The notes under the pieces are model-generated. The model ran no database searches. It was not told the DNA's origin and saw only the letters and a list, made by a program, of their open reading frames with translations. From Candidatus Aenigmatarchaeota archaeon (GTDB lineage Archaea; Aenigmatarchaeota; Aenigmatarchaeia; QMZP01; QMZT01), in contig JAPLVC010000003.1 of NCBI GenBank assembly GCA_026397315.1, positions 41,258 through 105,257 of the forward strand: a stretch of 64,000 nt of DNA, in the 5' to 3' direction. Positions within the stretch are counted from its first letter, which is position 1. Every line of letters starts with the position of its first letter. The position numbers were made by a program, and so were the translations under genes. This document shows positions 37,621-48,124 of this stretch, piece by piece.

Positions 37621-38808
37621 ATGGAGCTGTGGGTGAACAAGTACAAGCCGAAAACGGCGAAAGAAATTCTCAGCCAGGGCAGCGCGCTCAGCGCGACTGA
37701 AGCATGGCTTTCCTCATGGAAGCCGGGCAAGGCGCTGCTCATCGCGGGGCCGCCGGGCACGGGCAAGACTCTGATAGCCGAGACGGTCGCTAACGAACGA
37801 GGATGGATGCTCATGCAGGTCAACGCGAGCGACGAGCGCAACTCGGAAGCGGTAGAGAAGACGCTGACAGAAGTTTCGAGAAACCAGCCTCTCTTCCATA
37901 GTGGCAAGATAATTCTCATAGACGAGGTCGACAGCCTCTCTTCCGGCGACCGCGGCGGCATACAGGCGATAGTCAGGATAGTAAAGGCATCGCGCTTCCC
38001 GATTATAGTCACGGCCAACGACCCTTACATCCACAAGCTGCAGCCCCTGCGCTCTTATGCGAAAATAGTCAAGCTTTCCAAGGTCGACGTGCGTTCCGTC
38101 GAGAAGCGCCTCCGCGAGATATGCGAGGCCGAGAGAGTCGAAGTCAGCGGCGACGTGCTGAAGAACCTGGCGCGCTGGTCATCCGGCGATTTGCGTTCTG
38201 CGATAAACGACCTGCAGATGATGTGCGAGGGCCGCAAGGAGATAAGCGAGCGCGACTTCGAGGCCCTGGGCTTTCGCGAACGCGAGTCCAACGTCTTCTC
38301 CGTCCTGCCCATCGTGTTCCGCTGCAAGAACATCACTGCCGCGAAGAACGCCATAAACACGTGCGACAAGGATGCCGACGACCTGTTCTGGTGGATAGAG
38401 AACAATATCCCGTTCGAGTTCACGGACGCTGAATCGCTGGCTAATGCGCTTGACATGCTTTCAAAAGCCGACATTTTCAGGCAAATAGTCCACCGCCAGC
38501 AGAACTGGAGGTTCAAGGCGCACATGGTCGACATGCTCGCGGGCATATCGCTCGCGGGCGAAGGGACGCACCAGTACGTACAATACAAGCCGCCTGAGAA
38601 ATTCGCGCTGCTGGCGCAGCTGAGGTTCAGGAACGCGGAGATGGGCAAGATTTACGAGAAACTGTCGGCGTACACGCACAGCCCGCAGAGGATCGTCAGG
38701 AACGAATACCTGCCATTCATTAAAATCATACTTTCTTCAAAAAAGACGCATGACAGCTCCGGCATAGAATTCACAGAGGAGGAAGCGAAGGCGCTTGTTT
38801 CTGGATAA
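37621..38808 (+). CDS. rfcL: Replication factor C large subunit
   Basis: [37 protein letters not shown]. Confidence 0.95.
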   Translation: MELWVNKYKPKTAKEILSQGSALSATEAWLSSWKPGKALLIAGPPGTGKTLIAETVANERGWMLMQVNASDERNSEAVEKTLTEVSRNQPLFHSGKIILIDEVDSLSSGDRGGIQAIVRIVKASRFPIIVTANDPYIHKLQPLRSYAKIVKLSKVDVRSVEKRLREICEAERVEVSGDVLKNLARWSSGDLRSAINDLQMMCEGRKEISERDFEALGFRERESNVFSVLPIVFRCKNITAAKNAINTCDKDADDLFWWIENNIPFEFTDAESLANALDMLSKADIFRQIVHRQQNWRFKAHMVDMLAGISLAGEGTHQYVQYKPPEKFALLAQLRFRNAEMGKIYEKLSAYTHSPQRIVRNEYLPFIKIILSSKKTHDSSGIEFTEEEAKALVSG

Positions 38809-38845
38809 CGAACGGTTTTTATTTTTTATTGCGATAATCAATAAA

Positions 38846-39280
38846 ATGAAAAAGCCATTTCACAGTTGGCATGAATTGGGCGATTATTTTTCAGCTGTCC
38901 GTTTCGGAAAATATACGGTTTGCCTTAACGATGAAAGTTGCAGAGCAATAACGACCACCTATCGCGACAAGGGGCCCAGAATAGAATTTTACGGAAATCC
39001 CATGAACGGTTTTCCGTTGGGATTCTGTTTTCCTGAATTTAGAGAAAATGCCGAAGAAACCGAAGTGGCGGTGAAGTCGCCGCTCTCCGGCCTGAGAATC
39101 AGCGACATTGGATCGGACTGGGCGGATTTCACCGAAGGCCCCGTGCCAATGGAAGGCCGTAAATTTCATTTAAAAAGCGGTGACATAAAGCGGATAACAA
39201 AAGAGCCGGGTTTTCTGCGCAGAATTTTTGGCGCAGCCGAAAAAGAAATTTATGTTGCGGACAACGAACAAATTATTTAA
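38846..39280 (+). CDS. Hypothetical protein
   Basis: Open ORF filling the gap. Confidence 0.6.
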   Translation: MKKPFHSWHELGDYFSAVRFGKYTVCLNDESCRAITTTYRDKGPRIEFYGNPMNGFPLGFCFPEFRENAEETEVAVKSPLSGLRISDIGSDWADFTEGPVPMEGRKFHLKSGDIKRITKEPGFLRRIFGAAEKEIYVADNEQII

Positions 39281-40223
39281 GGTAAACGCTGCCGAAATTG
39301 CCCAGGAAGATGTAATCGTCGTCCGTCTCGGCCTTGTTGATGTATGTTATCATTTCAGTTATCTTTGAATCGATGTCGTCCGCCATGTAGACGGCCAGTG
39401 CTTCAGGGATTGCCGGCTGCTTTGGCGAGCCGTATTCCAGCTTGCCGTGGTGGCTGAGAAGCATGTGCTTAACTTTCATCTTGAGCTCTTCAGGCGTATT
39501 GAGCTGGTCCATCTTCTTCGAGACGTCTTCGAAGGTCATGGCCAGGTGCCCGAGAAGCATGCCCTCGTTAGAAGGCTTTATGTGCGTCGTGACTTCCAGC
39601 TCTCGCATCTTGCCTATGTCGTGGAGTATCGCTCCGGTGAGCATGAGGTCCCTGTCGAGCTGGGGATGTATTTTGCTCAGGAAGTCGCATATTTTCGCGA
39701 CGTTGAGAGTATGCTCCAGAAGCCCGCCCAGCCATCCGTGGTGCTTGTACATCGCGGCCGGATGCTTCACGAATTTCTCAGAGAACGCCTTGTCCCTTAT
39801 GAACGCCTCTACTATATCCTTAAGGTGGCGGTTGCCTATCGAATCCGACAGTCTCGTCAGCTCGGCATACATTTCTTTCGTGTCTTTTTCGCTCTCTGGA
39901 ACGAACGCAGCCTTGTCGTATTCGTTTTCCTTGAGCGCTGCTATCTTGCCGACCGGCGGGTTGACGTTAACAGCGATCTTGCCGTTATACATGGTGGTTT
40001 CGCCTGAGACGTAAACTACTCCGTCTCTTTTTATGGCGTTGTATATGCGTTCGACTTCGTCCTTGCTGTCGGAGCCCCAGTAACTGACCGGCACTTCGCC
40101 TGACGCATCGCCGACACGGATGTGGAACATGTAACCCTTGGCGTATTTCTGGACCGGCTTCTTGAATTTTACGACGTATTTTCCATCGAATGCCTCGTAA
40201 GCCACGAGGTTTTTCACAAGCAT
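39273..40223 (-). CDS. YhaM-like OB-fold plus HD-domain 3'-5' exonuclease
   Basis: PAAMYKHH..GGLLEHT, LHDIGK, SHHGKLEYGSP. Confidence 0.92.
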   Translation of the reverse strand: MLVKNLVAYEAFDGKYVVKFKKPVQKYAKGYMFHIRVGDASGEVPVSYWGSDSKDEVERIYNAIKRDGVVYVSGETTMYNGKIAVNVNPPVGKIAALKENEYDKAAFVPESEKDTKEMYAELTRLSDSIGNRHLKDIVEAFIRDKAFSEKFVKHPAAMYKHHGWLGGLLEHTLNVAKICDFLSKIHPQLDRDLMLTGAILHDIGKMRELEVTTHIKPSNEGMLLGHLAMTFEDVSKKMDQLNTPEELKMKVKHMLLSHHGKLEYGSPKQPAIPEALAVYMADDIDSKITEMITYINKAETDDDYIFLGNFGSVYLK

Positions 40224-40272
40224 GGTTAAGATAGGGATGTACGATTTAAAAATATCATGCAGATTGGATAAT

Positions 40273-40734
40273 CTAATATGTTGTAGACAATCCATACAGC
40301 CTGTGTTTAATTGCGGGAACATTACCATTTTCAGTGCCAATTAAGAAAAAACCTAGTCTTTGACAAATTTTTTCTGAGATAGAACCAGCTTCCACGTGCG
40401 CGTCAATTTCTTTAATACCAACATTTTTTCTAGCGAAATCTATTGCATGTGAAACTAGAATCTCACCTATTTTCCTCTTTCTGAATTCTGGGTGAACTAA
40501 AGCGGCAATCATATATTTACCATCATCACGCTCTTTTAGCGAAGAATAGCCTACCATTCCTGTATCAGCAGATAATCTGGCGTAAAACTTAAACTCAGCC
40601 CCGCCATCAAGAAGAAGAGGTGTATCGGGATCAATTTTATAACAATCTTTCCAAAAATTTATCAGCTCTTCGTCTGAGGAAGCGTTCGGGGATACGTTTT
40701 CAATAACCAAATCTGCATATCCCACGTACATCAC
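40273..40734 (-). CDS. GNAT-family acetyltransferase
   Basis: VHPEFRKRKIG...LGF. Confidence 0.8.
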   Translation of the reverse strand: MMYVGYADLVIENVSPNASSDEELINFWKDCYKIDPDTPLLLDGGAEFKFYARLSADTGMVGYSSLKERDDGKYMIAALVHPEFRKRKIGEILVSHAIDFARKNVGIKEIDAHVEAGSISEKICQRLGFFLIGTENGNVPAIKHRLYGLSTTY

Positions 40735-40798
40735 TTCCTGAAAATGATATTGTCAGAAGTTTTAAAAATGATATATACACAAAAGTCAAAATAAGAGC

Positions 40799-41212
40799 AT
40801 GGATATCGCGGATGATGAAACGATTGGTTCTGAAGAGCAGGCCGAGCGGGAAAGGGAAGAATATGTCGACTTCGACTCGCTCAAGGAAAAAGTCAGGCAC
40901 TTTGTGCGCGAGCGCGACTGGGAGAAATACCACAACCCGAAGGACATAGCCATATCGATTGCCGTCGAAGCCGGCGAGCTGTTGGAGATATTCCAGTGGA
41001 TGCAGCCGGACGAACTGGCGAAGGTCAAGGACAACGAGCAGGTCGTGGAGAAGATACGAGGCGAACTTGCCGACGTAATAAATCACTGCATCAGCCTTGC
41101 AAACAACCTGGACCTCGACATCCCCACGCTGGTCGTGGATAAGCTGAAAAAGGCAGAGAAGAAATACCCCAAGGAACAGTTCATGGGCGTCTGGCAGAAG
41201 CCTGAAGGATAG
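40799..41212 (+). CDS. MazG-like nucleotide pyrophosphohydrolase
   Basis: ERDWEKYHNPK, EAGELLEIFQW, ELADV, KKYP. Confidence 0.93.
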   Translation: MDIADDETIGSEEQAEREREEYVDFDSLKEKVRHFVRERDWEKYHNPKDIAISIAVEAGELLEIFQWMQPDELAKVKDNEQVVEKIRGELADVINHCISLANNLDLDIPTLVVDKLKKAEKKYPKEQFMGVWQKPEG

Positions 41213-41247
41213 GCTCCGGATTTAAAAGTTCCGGCTAATTTTAAAGC

Positions 41248-41742
41248 ATGAACGGGCTTAATAAAAAGAATTACATGACGCTTCTTGAGTTCGCAGGAGT
41301 AATCGGAAACCCGAAATGCGCTGAATGCCCGCTCAACAGGTTTTACGAGAATGGATACGCGGCCCTGCGCGAAGGCAGGGAAGGCGACGCGGTCGTGCTT
41401 CTCGAAAAAGCCTCGGAATCACTGCTCTCGCAGAACATGGAGTGCTGCGGCGTATGGGGTTCGCTGGGCTACATCCTTGGCATAGGAAAAACCCTGGCGC
41501 CCATTTACAAAAAAGAGCTTATGAGAGACCTTTCCAGCAGCCATACCCCGGAAAAGGCCAGCCTGGCCATGAGCATATCCGGGCTTTCCTCGACCGATGA
41601 AATCAACGACGTCCTGGCGTTATCCGGCAAATACATGGAAGTTGCTGATTACAGGAAAAAAATGGACTGGTTGAACATCATGCACCTGAAAGTAAAGGGA
41701 ATGATGCTCACGAATCTGGTGAAAGCCGGAATTTTCGATTAG
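41248..41742 (+). CDS. Hypothetical protein
   Basis: 164-aa ORF, TTTAAA upstream. Confidence 0.65.
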   Translation: MNGLNKKNYMTLLEFAGVIGNPKCAECPLNRFYENGYAALREGREGDAVVLLEKASESLLSQNMECCGVWGSLGYILGIGKTLAPIYKKELMRDLSSSHTPEKASLAMSISGLSSTDEINDVLALSGKYMEVADYRKKMDWLNIMHLKVKGMMLTNLVKAGIFD

Positions 41743-41779
41743 CTCAAAAAGGTTTAATATCCGTTTCGCAATTCTTATC

Positions 41780-42304
41780 ATGAAAGTCATAGTCTTCCGC
41801 CTCGGCCACCGCATCTCCAGGGACCACCGCATCTCGACGCACTGCGGTCTCGTCGCCAGGGCGTTGGGCGCGGACGGCATCGTTTATTCAGGCGACCAGG
41901 ACCAGGCGATACTCGACAGCGTGACTCGCGTCCGTGAGGATTGGGGCGGGAAATTCTCCGTAGCTTATGAAAAGAGCTGGAAGAAGGTCGTGAAAGATTA
42001 CAAGCGAAAGGGTTATACAATCGTGCACCTGACCATGTACGGCATGCCAGTCCAGAAGAAGCTCAGCGGCTTGCGCAGGAAAGGAAAGCTGCTGGTCGTC
42101 GTGGGCGGGGAAAAAGTCCCCTGGGAGATGTATGAGATGGCAGACTTCAACGTCGCCGTCACCAGCCAGCCGCACTCGGAAATAGCCGCGCTGGCGGTTT
42201 TTCTTGACAGGATTTTCTTCAGCAAGGAACTGGACAAGAAATTTTCTAGGGCGAAAAAAACCGTCATCCCGCAGGAACGCGGGAAGAAGGTCATAGGGAA
42301 ATAG
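41780..42304 (+). CDS. trm56: tRNA (cytidine56-2'-O)-methyltransferase
   Basis: RLGHR..RD.R.STH, HLTMYG, GGEKVP, QPHSE. Confidence 0.96.
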   Translation: MKVIVFRLGHRISRDHRISTHCGLVARALGADGIVYSGDQDQAILDSVTRVREDWGGKFSVAYEKSWKKVVKDYKRKGYTIVHLTMYGMPVQKKLSGLRRKGKLLVVVGGEKVPWEMYEMADFNVAVTSQPHSEIAALAVFLDRIFFSKELDKKFSRAKKTVIPQERGKKVIGK

Positions 42305-42506
42305 GGAAGCCCGCATTTTTTTTATACTCTTCAATCAGCGTTTCCACAAGTTCCTGGCTGCTGTCGTCCACGCCGACGGCATAAAGGTTAAAATGGCCAG
42401 CTATGGTTTTTATGTCACTTTCAGAAAGGCCGTATTTGTTCAAATTGTTGAGCTTGGCTATGTACAGTTCCCATGAATTATTTAGCATGTTTTTACTTGA
42501 AGGCAA
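42291..42506 (-). CDS. Small hypothetical protein
   Basis: Short ORF filling the gap. Confidence 0.45.
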   Translation of the reverse strand: MPSSKNMLNNSWELYIAKLNNLNKYGLSESDIKTIAGHFNLYAVGVDDSSQELVETLIEEYKKNAGFPISL

Positions 42507-42524
42507 GTTTTTTAAACAGACCCT

Positions 42525-43532
42525 TCACTGGGAAAACATTATGTTCTCGAGAAGCGCCTTGGCTCTCTGTTTCTTCGCCTCGTCCAGCGTGACGACGACG
42601 AGACCCTCGTCGAATTGCCCGTAGACGATTTTGCTGCCGAGCGGGAGATGGATGGCGCACGGCAGGACAGCGAGGTCTTCTTCTCCGCTCACGGTAATCC
42701 TGACTTTTTTCTTCTTGAGCGTTGGTATCGACTTCTCGACGGCCTTCCATAGCCGGGCCGTTATGCGAGTCTTGGGATTCCTGACCTTTATCTCGGTTCC
42801 CTTGAAATGGATTTTATCCTTGAATTTGCCGCGCTTCTCCTTGCCGTCGACTATTATCATGTGCGGTTTTATGCCGCTTTTTATGAGCGAGTAGCTGGCC
42901 GAGTCGCCTACGGCGACGAGCAGGCCCCTGAAGCCTTTGAGCTCTTTCGCGACCATTCTGGTCGCCTCGATCTTGTCGCCTTTATAGAGCTTGCCGAAAG
43001 GCATCCTGAATTCCATGAGCAGTCGCTCGGGCACGGCCAGGTCTTTTTCCACGTAGCTCTGGTCGTTTATTATCTCCTCGATTTCCTTAGCGACGACTCC
43101 CGGTTTTTTTCTCGTCGTGTCAATCTCGTGGACGTTCTTGTGCGCTTCCTTCGCCTCGTCAATAATGACCTGCATCATTTCCGCCTCGATGTTCTCCGCA
43201 ACTTTCTCGGTGTGGAAGCCCTTTTTCAGCATGCGCTTTCTAAGGACGGTGGTGTCGGTCCTCAAAACAATCACCATGTCGCACGGCATGTCGTGCGCGT
43301 AATGGGACTCGATTATGAAATTCTTGTGCTCGTTTGCCAGAAGGTTGACTTCGGCTTTCAGCCGTTCGATGTCCACTATCTTTGACATGCGTTCGCTGTC
43401 GTAACCCTCGTAAAGTCCCTTCGCCGCGGCTATGCAATTCAGCGAGAACCAGTTCCAGCCCAGGCGTTTCGCCAGCGCCTTCGCCACTTCAGTCTTCCCG
43501 GTTCCTGGCGTGCCCGTGATGGCTATTATCAT
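42525..43532 (-). CDS. Fusion of AK6/Fap7-type adenylate kinase and DUF359 GTP-dependent dephospho-CoA kinase
   Basis: ITGTPGTGKT, ESHYAH, KVAENIEAE; then P.GKL, AVGD, VDGK..R, GEEDL, YGQ. Confidence 0.88.
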   Translation of the reverse strand: MIIAITGTPGTGKTEVAKALAKRLGWNWFSLNCIAAAKGLYEGYDSERMSKIVDIERLKAEVNLLANEHKNFIIESHYAHDMPCDMVIVLRTDTTVLRKRMLKKGFHTEKVAENIEAEMMQVIIDEAKEAHKNVHEIDTTRKKPGVVAKEIEEIINDQSYVEKDLAVPERLLMEFRMPFGKLYKGDKIEATRMVAKELKGFRGLLVAVGDSASYSLIKSGIKPHMIIVDGKEKRGKFKDKIHFKGTEIKVRNPKTRITARLWKAVEKSIPTLKKKKVRITVSGEEDLAVLPCAIHLPLGSKIVYGQFDEGLVVVTLDEAKKQRAKALLENIMFSQ

Positions 43533-43598
43533 ATAATAATGTTTGTCCAGCCCTCTTATATCCTGCGGCGGCGCAGGCTTTTAACATTCGCGCTTCAA

Positions 43599-44375
43599 AT
43601 GAATACTATGTTCAGGAAAGACAAGAAGAGGAGCTTCTGGGATTCGGTGAAGAAGGTAATACGCCTGGCCGACGTCCTGCTGCTCCTGCTTGACGCGCGT
43701 TTCGTGGACGAATCGAGAAACATCGAGATAGAAGACAAGGTCAGGCTCGCGAGGAAGCCGCTCATTTACGTCGTCACAAAGTCTGACATGGTGGGCAAGC
43801 GGAAGGCAGAGTCGCAGAAGGGCAAGATGAGCCCGTGCGTATTCATTTCCGCGAAAGACCACACAGGCAGGGCGAAGCTCAAGGAGCGCATAATCATCGA
43901 GGCCGAGCGACGCTTCGGCAAGAAGGCTAGGATAAACATCGGCGTGCTCGGCTATCCCAACGTGGGCAAGTCGTCGCTCATCAACTACATGAAGGGCCAG
44001 CACTCCGCCAGGACCAGCAGCCTCAGCGGTTATACGAAGTTCGCCCAGGTCATAAAGAGCGACAACAGGCTTTACTTCATAGACACGCCGGGAGTCATAC
44101 CCTACATGGAAAAAGACGCTGTCAAACACGTCTCGATGAGTGTCATCGACTCCACCAAGGTGCACGACCCGGACCTCATGGTCGCGGAGCTCATGCGCAG
44201 GCATCCCGGGAAGATAGAAGCCTATTTCGGCGTCGCCGTCCATGAAGACAAGCAGAAGACAATCGAAGAAATCGCTCTCCAGAAGCACATGCTCTTGCGC
44301 GGAGGCGTGCCTGATGTTGAGCGCATGTGCAGGCTGATAATAAAGAACTTCCAGTCGGGCAAAATAAAAATCTGA
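43599..44375 (+). CDS. Circularly permuted ribosome-biogenesis GTPase (YlqF/RbgA family)
   Basis: DAR, TKSD, GYPNVGKSS, DTPG in G4-G1-G3 order. Confidence 0.93.
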   Translation: MNTMFRKDKKRSFWDSVKKVIRLADVLLLLLDARFVDESRNIEIEDKVRLARKPLIYVVTKSDMVGKRKAESQKGKMSPCVFISAKDHTGRAKLKERIIIEAERRFGKKARINIGVLGYPNVGKSSLINYMKGQHSARTSSLSGYTKFAQVIKSDNRLYFIDTPGVIPYMEKDAVKHVSMSVIDSTKVHDPDLMVAELMRRHPGKIEAYFGVAVHEDKQKTIEEIALQKHMLLRGGVPDVERMCRLIIKNFQSGKIKI

Positions 44376-44442
44376 ATGCCGTAATCATAAATCTTAAAAA
44401 CCACGGAACCATTAGATTGTTATCTGTTGACAGGGTATCATT

Positions 44443-45390
44443 ATGCATCTCGAGATATGGACGGAGAAATACAGGCCCAAGATGCTGGAAGACGTGATCG
44501 ACCAGAAGCACGTCGTTTCGCGCCTGAAGGCCTGGGTCAAGAGCGGCTCGATACCTCACATGCTTTTCGCAGGGCCGGCCGGAGTGGGCAAGACTACGGT
44601 CGCGCTATGCCTCGCACGCGAACTCTTCGGCAGCAACTGGAAGAGCAATTTTCAGGAGACAAATGCATCGGATGAAAGAGGCATCAACATCGTGCGCGGG
44701 CGAGTGAAGGAATTCGCGCGCATGAAGTCCATGGGCTCAGAATTCAAAATCGTGTTTCTCGACGAGTCGGACGCGCTCACGCAGGAGGCGCAGCAGGCGC
44801 TCAGGCGAACGATGGAGCGCTTCTCCGATTCGTGCCGTTTCATTCTTTCATGCAATTATTCCAGCAGGATAATCGACCCGATACAGTCGAGAACTTCCGT
44901 CTTTCGTTTTAAACGCCTCAACAAGGAAAGCGTCAAGGAATACATGAAGCGCATCGCGGCCGGAGAGAAGATTCAGGTTAATGACGACGCGCTTGACGCG
45001 ATTTTCGAGATTTCCGAGGGCGACCTGAGAAAAGCGACCAATCTTCTTCAGTCGAGCTCGGCGCTGGGCAAGGTCACAAAGGAAAGCGTATACGATGCCG
45101 CGGCGCAGTCGAAGCCCGAGGACATCCGCAACATGATAGAGAGCGCGATGGCCGGCAAATTCATGGACGCGAGGAAGAAGCTATACGAACTGCTCATAAC
45201 CCAGGGCCTTTCCGGCGAGGACGTCATAAAGGGGATACACAAGGAAATCTTCGACCTGAAGCTTGCCGAGGAGACTAAGATACAGCTCGCCGAGAAAATA
45301 GGCGAGTTCGAGTTCCGCCTGAACCAGGGCGGCTCGCCTGAGATACAGCTCGAGGCATTGCTGGCCCAGTTCATGAAGCACGGCAAATAA
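44443..45390 (+). CDS. rfcS: Replication factor C small subunit
   Basis: WTEKYRP, GPAGVGKT, NASDERG, LDESD, PIQSR. Confidence 0.97.
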   Translation: MHLEIWTEKYRPKMLEDVIDQKHVVSRLKAWVKSGSIPHMLFAGPAGVGKTTVALCLARELFGSNWKSNFQETNASDERGINIVRGRVKEFARMKSMGSEFKIVFLDESDALTQEAQQALRRTMERFSDSCRFILSCNYSSRIIDPIQSRTSVFRFKRLNKESVKEYMKRIAAGEKIQVNDDALDAIFEISEGDLRKATNLLQSSSALGKVTKESVYDAAAQSKPEDIRNMIESAMAGKFMDARKKLYELLITQGLSGEDVIKGIHKEIFDLKLAEETKIQLAEKIGEFEFRLNQGGSPEIQLEALLAQFMKHGK

Positions 45391-45401
45391 AAAAATTTTT
45401 A

Positions 45402-45959
45402 TTAAAGCCCTAATTTTTCAAAAGCTAGTCTAATCGAAGGATTTTGTGGAGGAACTTCGTTCTTGATTATTGGCGGCTTCATAGGTTCTTCCGGTTTGAA
45501 TATTCCGTCACCTAAAAGCTCATATTCGGCAAATGCTCTTATTGCATGCATTTGACCTCTTTCAGAATGGATATAAGAATTATATGTCATTGCTAGCATT
45601 TCCAGTAATTTACGATTATCACTGCATATGAATTGAAATATTTTTTTTGCAGCATTTTCTTTCAACTTAAGACCGGATTGCAGATTTTGCACACATTTTT
45701 GCTCAATTATTTTACCCTTTTCGGCATTCACTACAAATTCATAACTTTTACCGACAAGGTCTTTATATTTTTCAGCTTCAGGACGTCCCTGAATTTCTGT
45801 CAATATTTCATTATATCGATTTCTTATCTTTCTGTCCAAGTAAAAAGCTACAGGATTCCTTTCAATCAAACATTGCAGAGGATAAAGAGTCATGTTTTGA
45901 ATTTTTATTAAAAATTTTATAAAATCGGCATGTTCCTTAATCGGCTCTAGTTTTCTCAA
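45402..45959 (-). CDS. Hypothetical protein (AT-rich orphan)
   Basis: 185-aa ORF. Confidence 0.6.
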   Translation of the reverse strand: MRKLEPIKEHADFIKFLIKIQNMTLYPLQCLIERNPVAFYLDRKIRNRYNEILTEIQGRPEAEKYKDLVGKSYEFVVNAEKGKIIEQKCVQNLQSGLKLKENAAKKIFQFICSDNRKLLEMLAMTYNSYIHSERGQMHAIRAFAEYELLGDGIFKPEEPMKPPIIKNEVPPQNPSIRLAFEKLGL

Positions 45960-46665
45960 GCTCGAACCTGACGCGTATCGTATCCTTGCCTTTGTTGTCG
46001 ACCTTCGTTATCCTTATGTGGCCGATTTCTGCCGTGTTCGCGACGTGCGTGCCGCCGCAGGGGACTTTGTCCGCGCCCTCGATTTCGACGATGCGGACTT
46101 CCTTTACCGATTCCGGCAGGCGCGCGAACAAACGCCTCCGCCTCTCATCGACGGACTTGAGCACTTCATCACGGGCGGTGAAATATATCTTTACCGGCAG
46201 CGCGTCGTCGACTGCCTTGTTGAACTTCGTGGTAAGAATGTCGATGAAGTCCGTTGGAGGCGTTAATGGATTGAAGTCGATGCGCGAATAATCAAGCTCT
46301 ATCTGGTTCCCCGCCGTCGAGGAGCCCCATAGGTCGAGCACAATCGCCGAAAGCAGGTGCTGCGCGGTATGCATGCACATGAACGTGTGGCGCTTATCCC
46401 AGTCTATCGCGCCTTTCACGAGCGTCTCGTGGACCGGCGCTTCTGTGAAGTGCTTGACCACGCCCGCGTCTTTCTGAACACTGGTCACGCGAATGCCGTT
46501 CAGCGTTCCAGTATCGCTGCTCTGGCCGCCGCCAAGCGGGTAAAAAGCAGTCTTGTCCAGCACGACGAAATGGCGTCCTCCGTCCTCGCCGCGCTGGAGG
46601 ACCCTCGCCTCGAATTCCCTCAGGTAACAGTCGCGCATGTAAAGCATTTCAGTTTGCATAATCAT
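45937..46665 (-). CDS. alaX: Alanyl-tRNA editing protein AlaX
   Basis: FYPLGGGQ, HTAQH, CGGTH. Confidence 0.95.
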   Translation of the reverse strand: MIMQTEMLYMRDCYLREFEARVLQRGEDGGRHFVVLDKTAFYPLGGGQSSDTGTLNGIRVTSVQKDAGVVKHFTEAPVHETLVKGAIDWDKRHTFMCMHTAQHLLSAIVLDLWGSSTAGNQIELDYSRIDFNPLTPPTDFIDILTTKFNKAVDDALPVKIYFTARDEVLKSVDERRRRLFARLPESVKEVRIVEIEGADKVPCGGTHVANTAEIGHIRITKVDNKGKDTIRVRFELEKTRAD

Positions 46666-47561
46666 CAGAAATTCTTTTTAAGAAAGTCCGCGGCCTGCTT
46701 TATCACTGAAAATTTCGTGACCGGGGTCTCGATGGTGTCGCTGGCGTAATACTCGTCGGACTCGTCGCGTATGAGGTCTATCGAGTCCTTCCTGAACTGG
46801 CCGTTATAAACGGAAATCGCGTGGACCGCGATGCAGATTATCTTCTTAGCGTTCGCCTTCCTGCCCATCTGCACGGCCTTGTACATCGTGCCTCCGGACG
46901 ACGTTATGTCGTCGAAGATTATGAGCTCCTTACCGGTAAGGTCGGGGATGACCGCGGACGACTGTATCTCGCCCGTTATGTAATCGCGTTTCTTGTAGAC
47001 TGCGAGCGTCTCGCCCTTTATCGCCTTTGCGAGTATTTCGACATTCCCTTTGGTGGTCATGTCGGGCGCGATAACGATGGGTTTCTTGAAGCCCATGCCC
47101 CTGAGGAAGTCCGCCGCTGAAGAAGTGGCGTCTATGTTGTATACGCGCTTGTCTATCCAGCCCTCCTGCCTGAAGTCGTGGCTTGTAACGTTGACCATGA
47201 GGTCGCACTTGGACGAAAGCGCAGCCCTGACGCTTTTCAGCGACACCACTTCGCCCGGGGTGAACTCCTTGTCCTGGCGCGCGTATGGTATGTAAGGCAT
47301 GACGAGGCACGTCTTCTTCGCGCCCAGCTCCTTTATCGTGTCGAGGACGAAAAGCGCCTCTGTGAACATCTTATCCTGGTTCATGCCCGGCGTGCGGCCG
47401 CGCACTACGAGAATGACCTTGGCGCCTTTTAGCTGCTCCGGGTCGGATATCTTGAAGTTGCTCTCGCCGTCGGGGAAAACCTTGCTCTCTATCCTGACGT
47501 GGCCTGCTTTCATCTCTTTTGCAAGGCCTTCCGAAAACCTGTCCCTGCCCAGAACAATCAT
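46665..47561 (-). CDS. prs: Ribose-phosphate pyrophosphokinase
   Basis: FPDGE, PYIPYARQDK, APD, DDITSSGGT. Confidence 0.93.
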   Translation of the reverse strand: MIVLGRDRFSEGLAKEMKAGHVRIESKVFPDGESNFKISDPEQLKGAKVILVVRGRTPGMNQDKMFTEALFVLDTIKELGAKKTCLVMPYIPYARQDKEFTPGEVVSLKSVRAALSSKCDLMVNVTSHDFRQEGWIDKRVYNIDATSSAADFLRGMGFKKPIVIAPDMTTKGNVEILAKAIKGETLAVYKKRDYITGEIQSSAVIPDLTGKELIIFDDITSSGGTMYKAVQMGRKANAKKIICIAVHAISVYNGQFRKDSIDLIRDESDEYYASDTIETPVTKFSVIKQAADFLKKNF

Positions 47562-47649
47562 AAAGAAATGTAGTATGCCCGATATAAAAATGTAAGCCAT
47601 TCGCTAGCGCATGCGGAAACTTTTTAATCCCGTAAAACAATTTTTTAGC

Positions 47650-47880
47650 ATGTCAAAGGAAGAAACACGCGAAGAAAAGAAAAGCGTCTCCCTGTGGTGG
47701 ATGTTCGTGCCGGTATTCTTCGGAGTGGCCGGCGGCTGGCTCGCCTGGCAGCAGCACAAGGAAAGGGAGAGGGAAATGGCGAGGATAATGCTCGTCATAG
47801 GCATAGTGTTCACCGCGATAATACTGCTTCTTTACATATGGCTCGTTTCCGGCGTTAGAATCCCGCTGGTCCACCTCTGA
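47650..47880 (+). CDS. Small 2-TM protein
   Basis: WWMFVPVFFGVAGG; hydrophobic. Confidence 0.7.
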   Translation: MSKEETREEKKSVSLWWMFVPVFFGVAGGWLAWQQHKEREREMARIMLVIGIVFTAIILLLYIWLVSGVRIPLVHL

Positions 47881-47931
47881 AGGCGCCAGCTTAAATAATT
47901 CCAGCCTCAATAATAAAACAAGTGATATTTT

Positions 47932-48087
47932 ATGATGTGCCCCATCCGCAGCCTTAACAGCCACGCTTCAGACGAATGTGTCGAGAGGCACTGCGCTTTC
48001 TGGAACAAAAATGAATGCGTGATAACAGGATTTCTGAGAAGCTTCGTCAAAGGGAATGCAGATGACAGGGATGAGGCATCGATGTAG
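47932..48087 (+). CDS. Small Cys-rich protein (51 aa)
   Basis: Manual translation MMCP...ECVERHCAFW...CVI; GTGA SD-like site. Confidence 0.6.
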   Translation: MMCPIRSLNSHASDECVERHCAFWNKNECVITGFLRSFVKGNADDRDEASM

Positions 48088-48124
48088 GCAGGAATAAGCT
48101 GTAAATAAAAAAATAAATGCCAGT

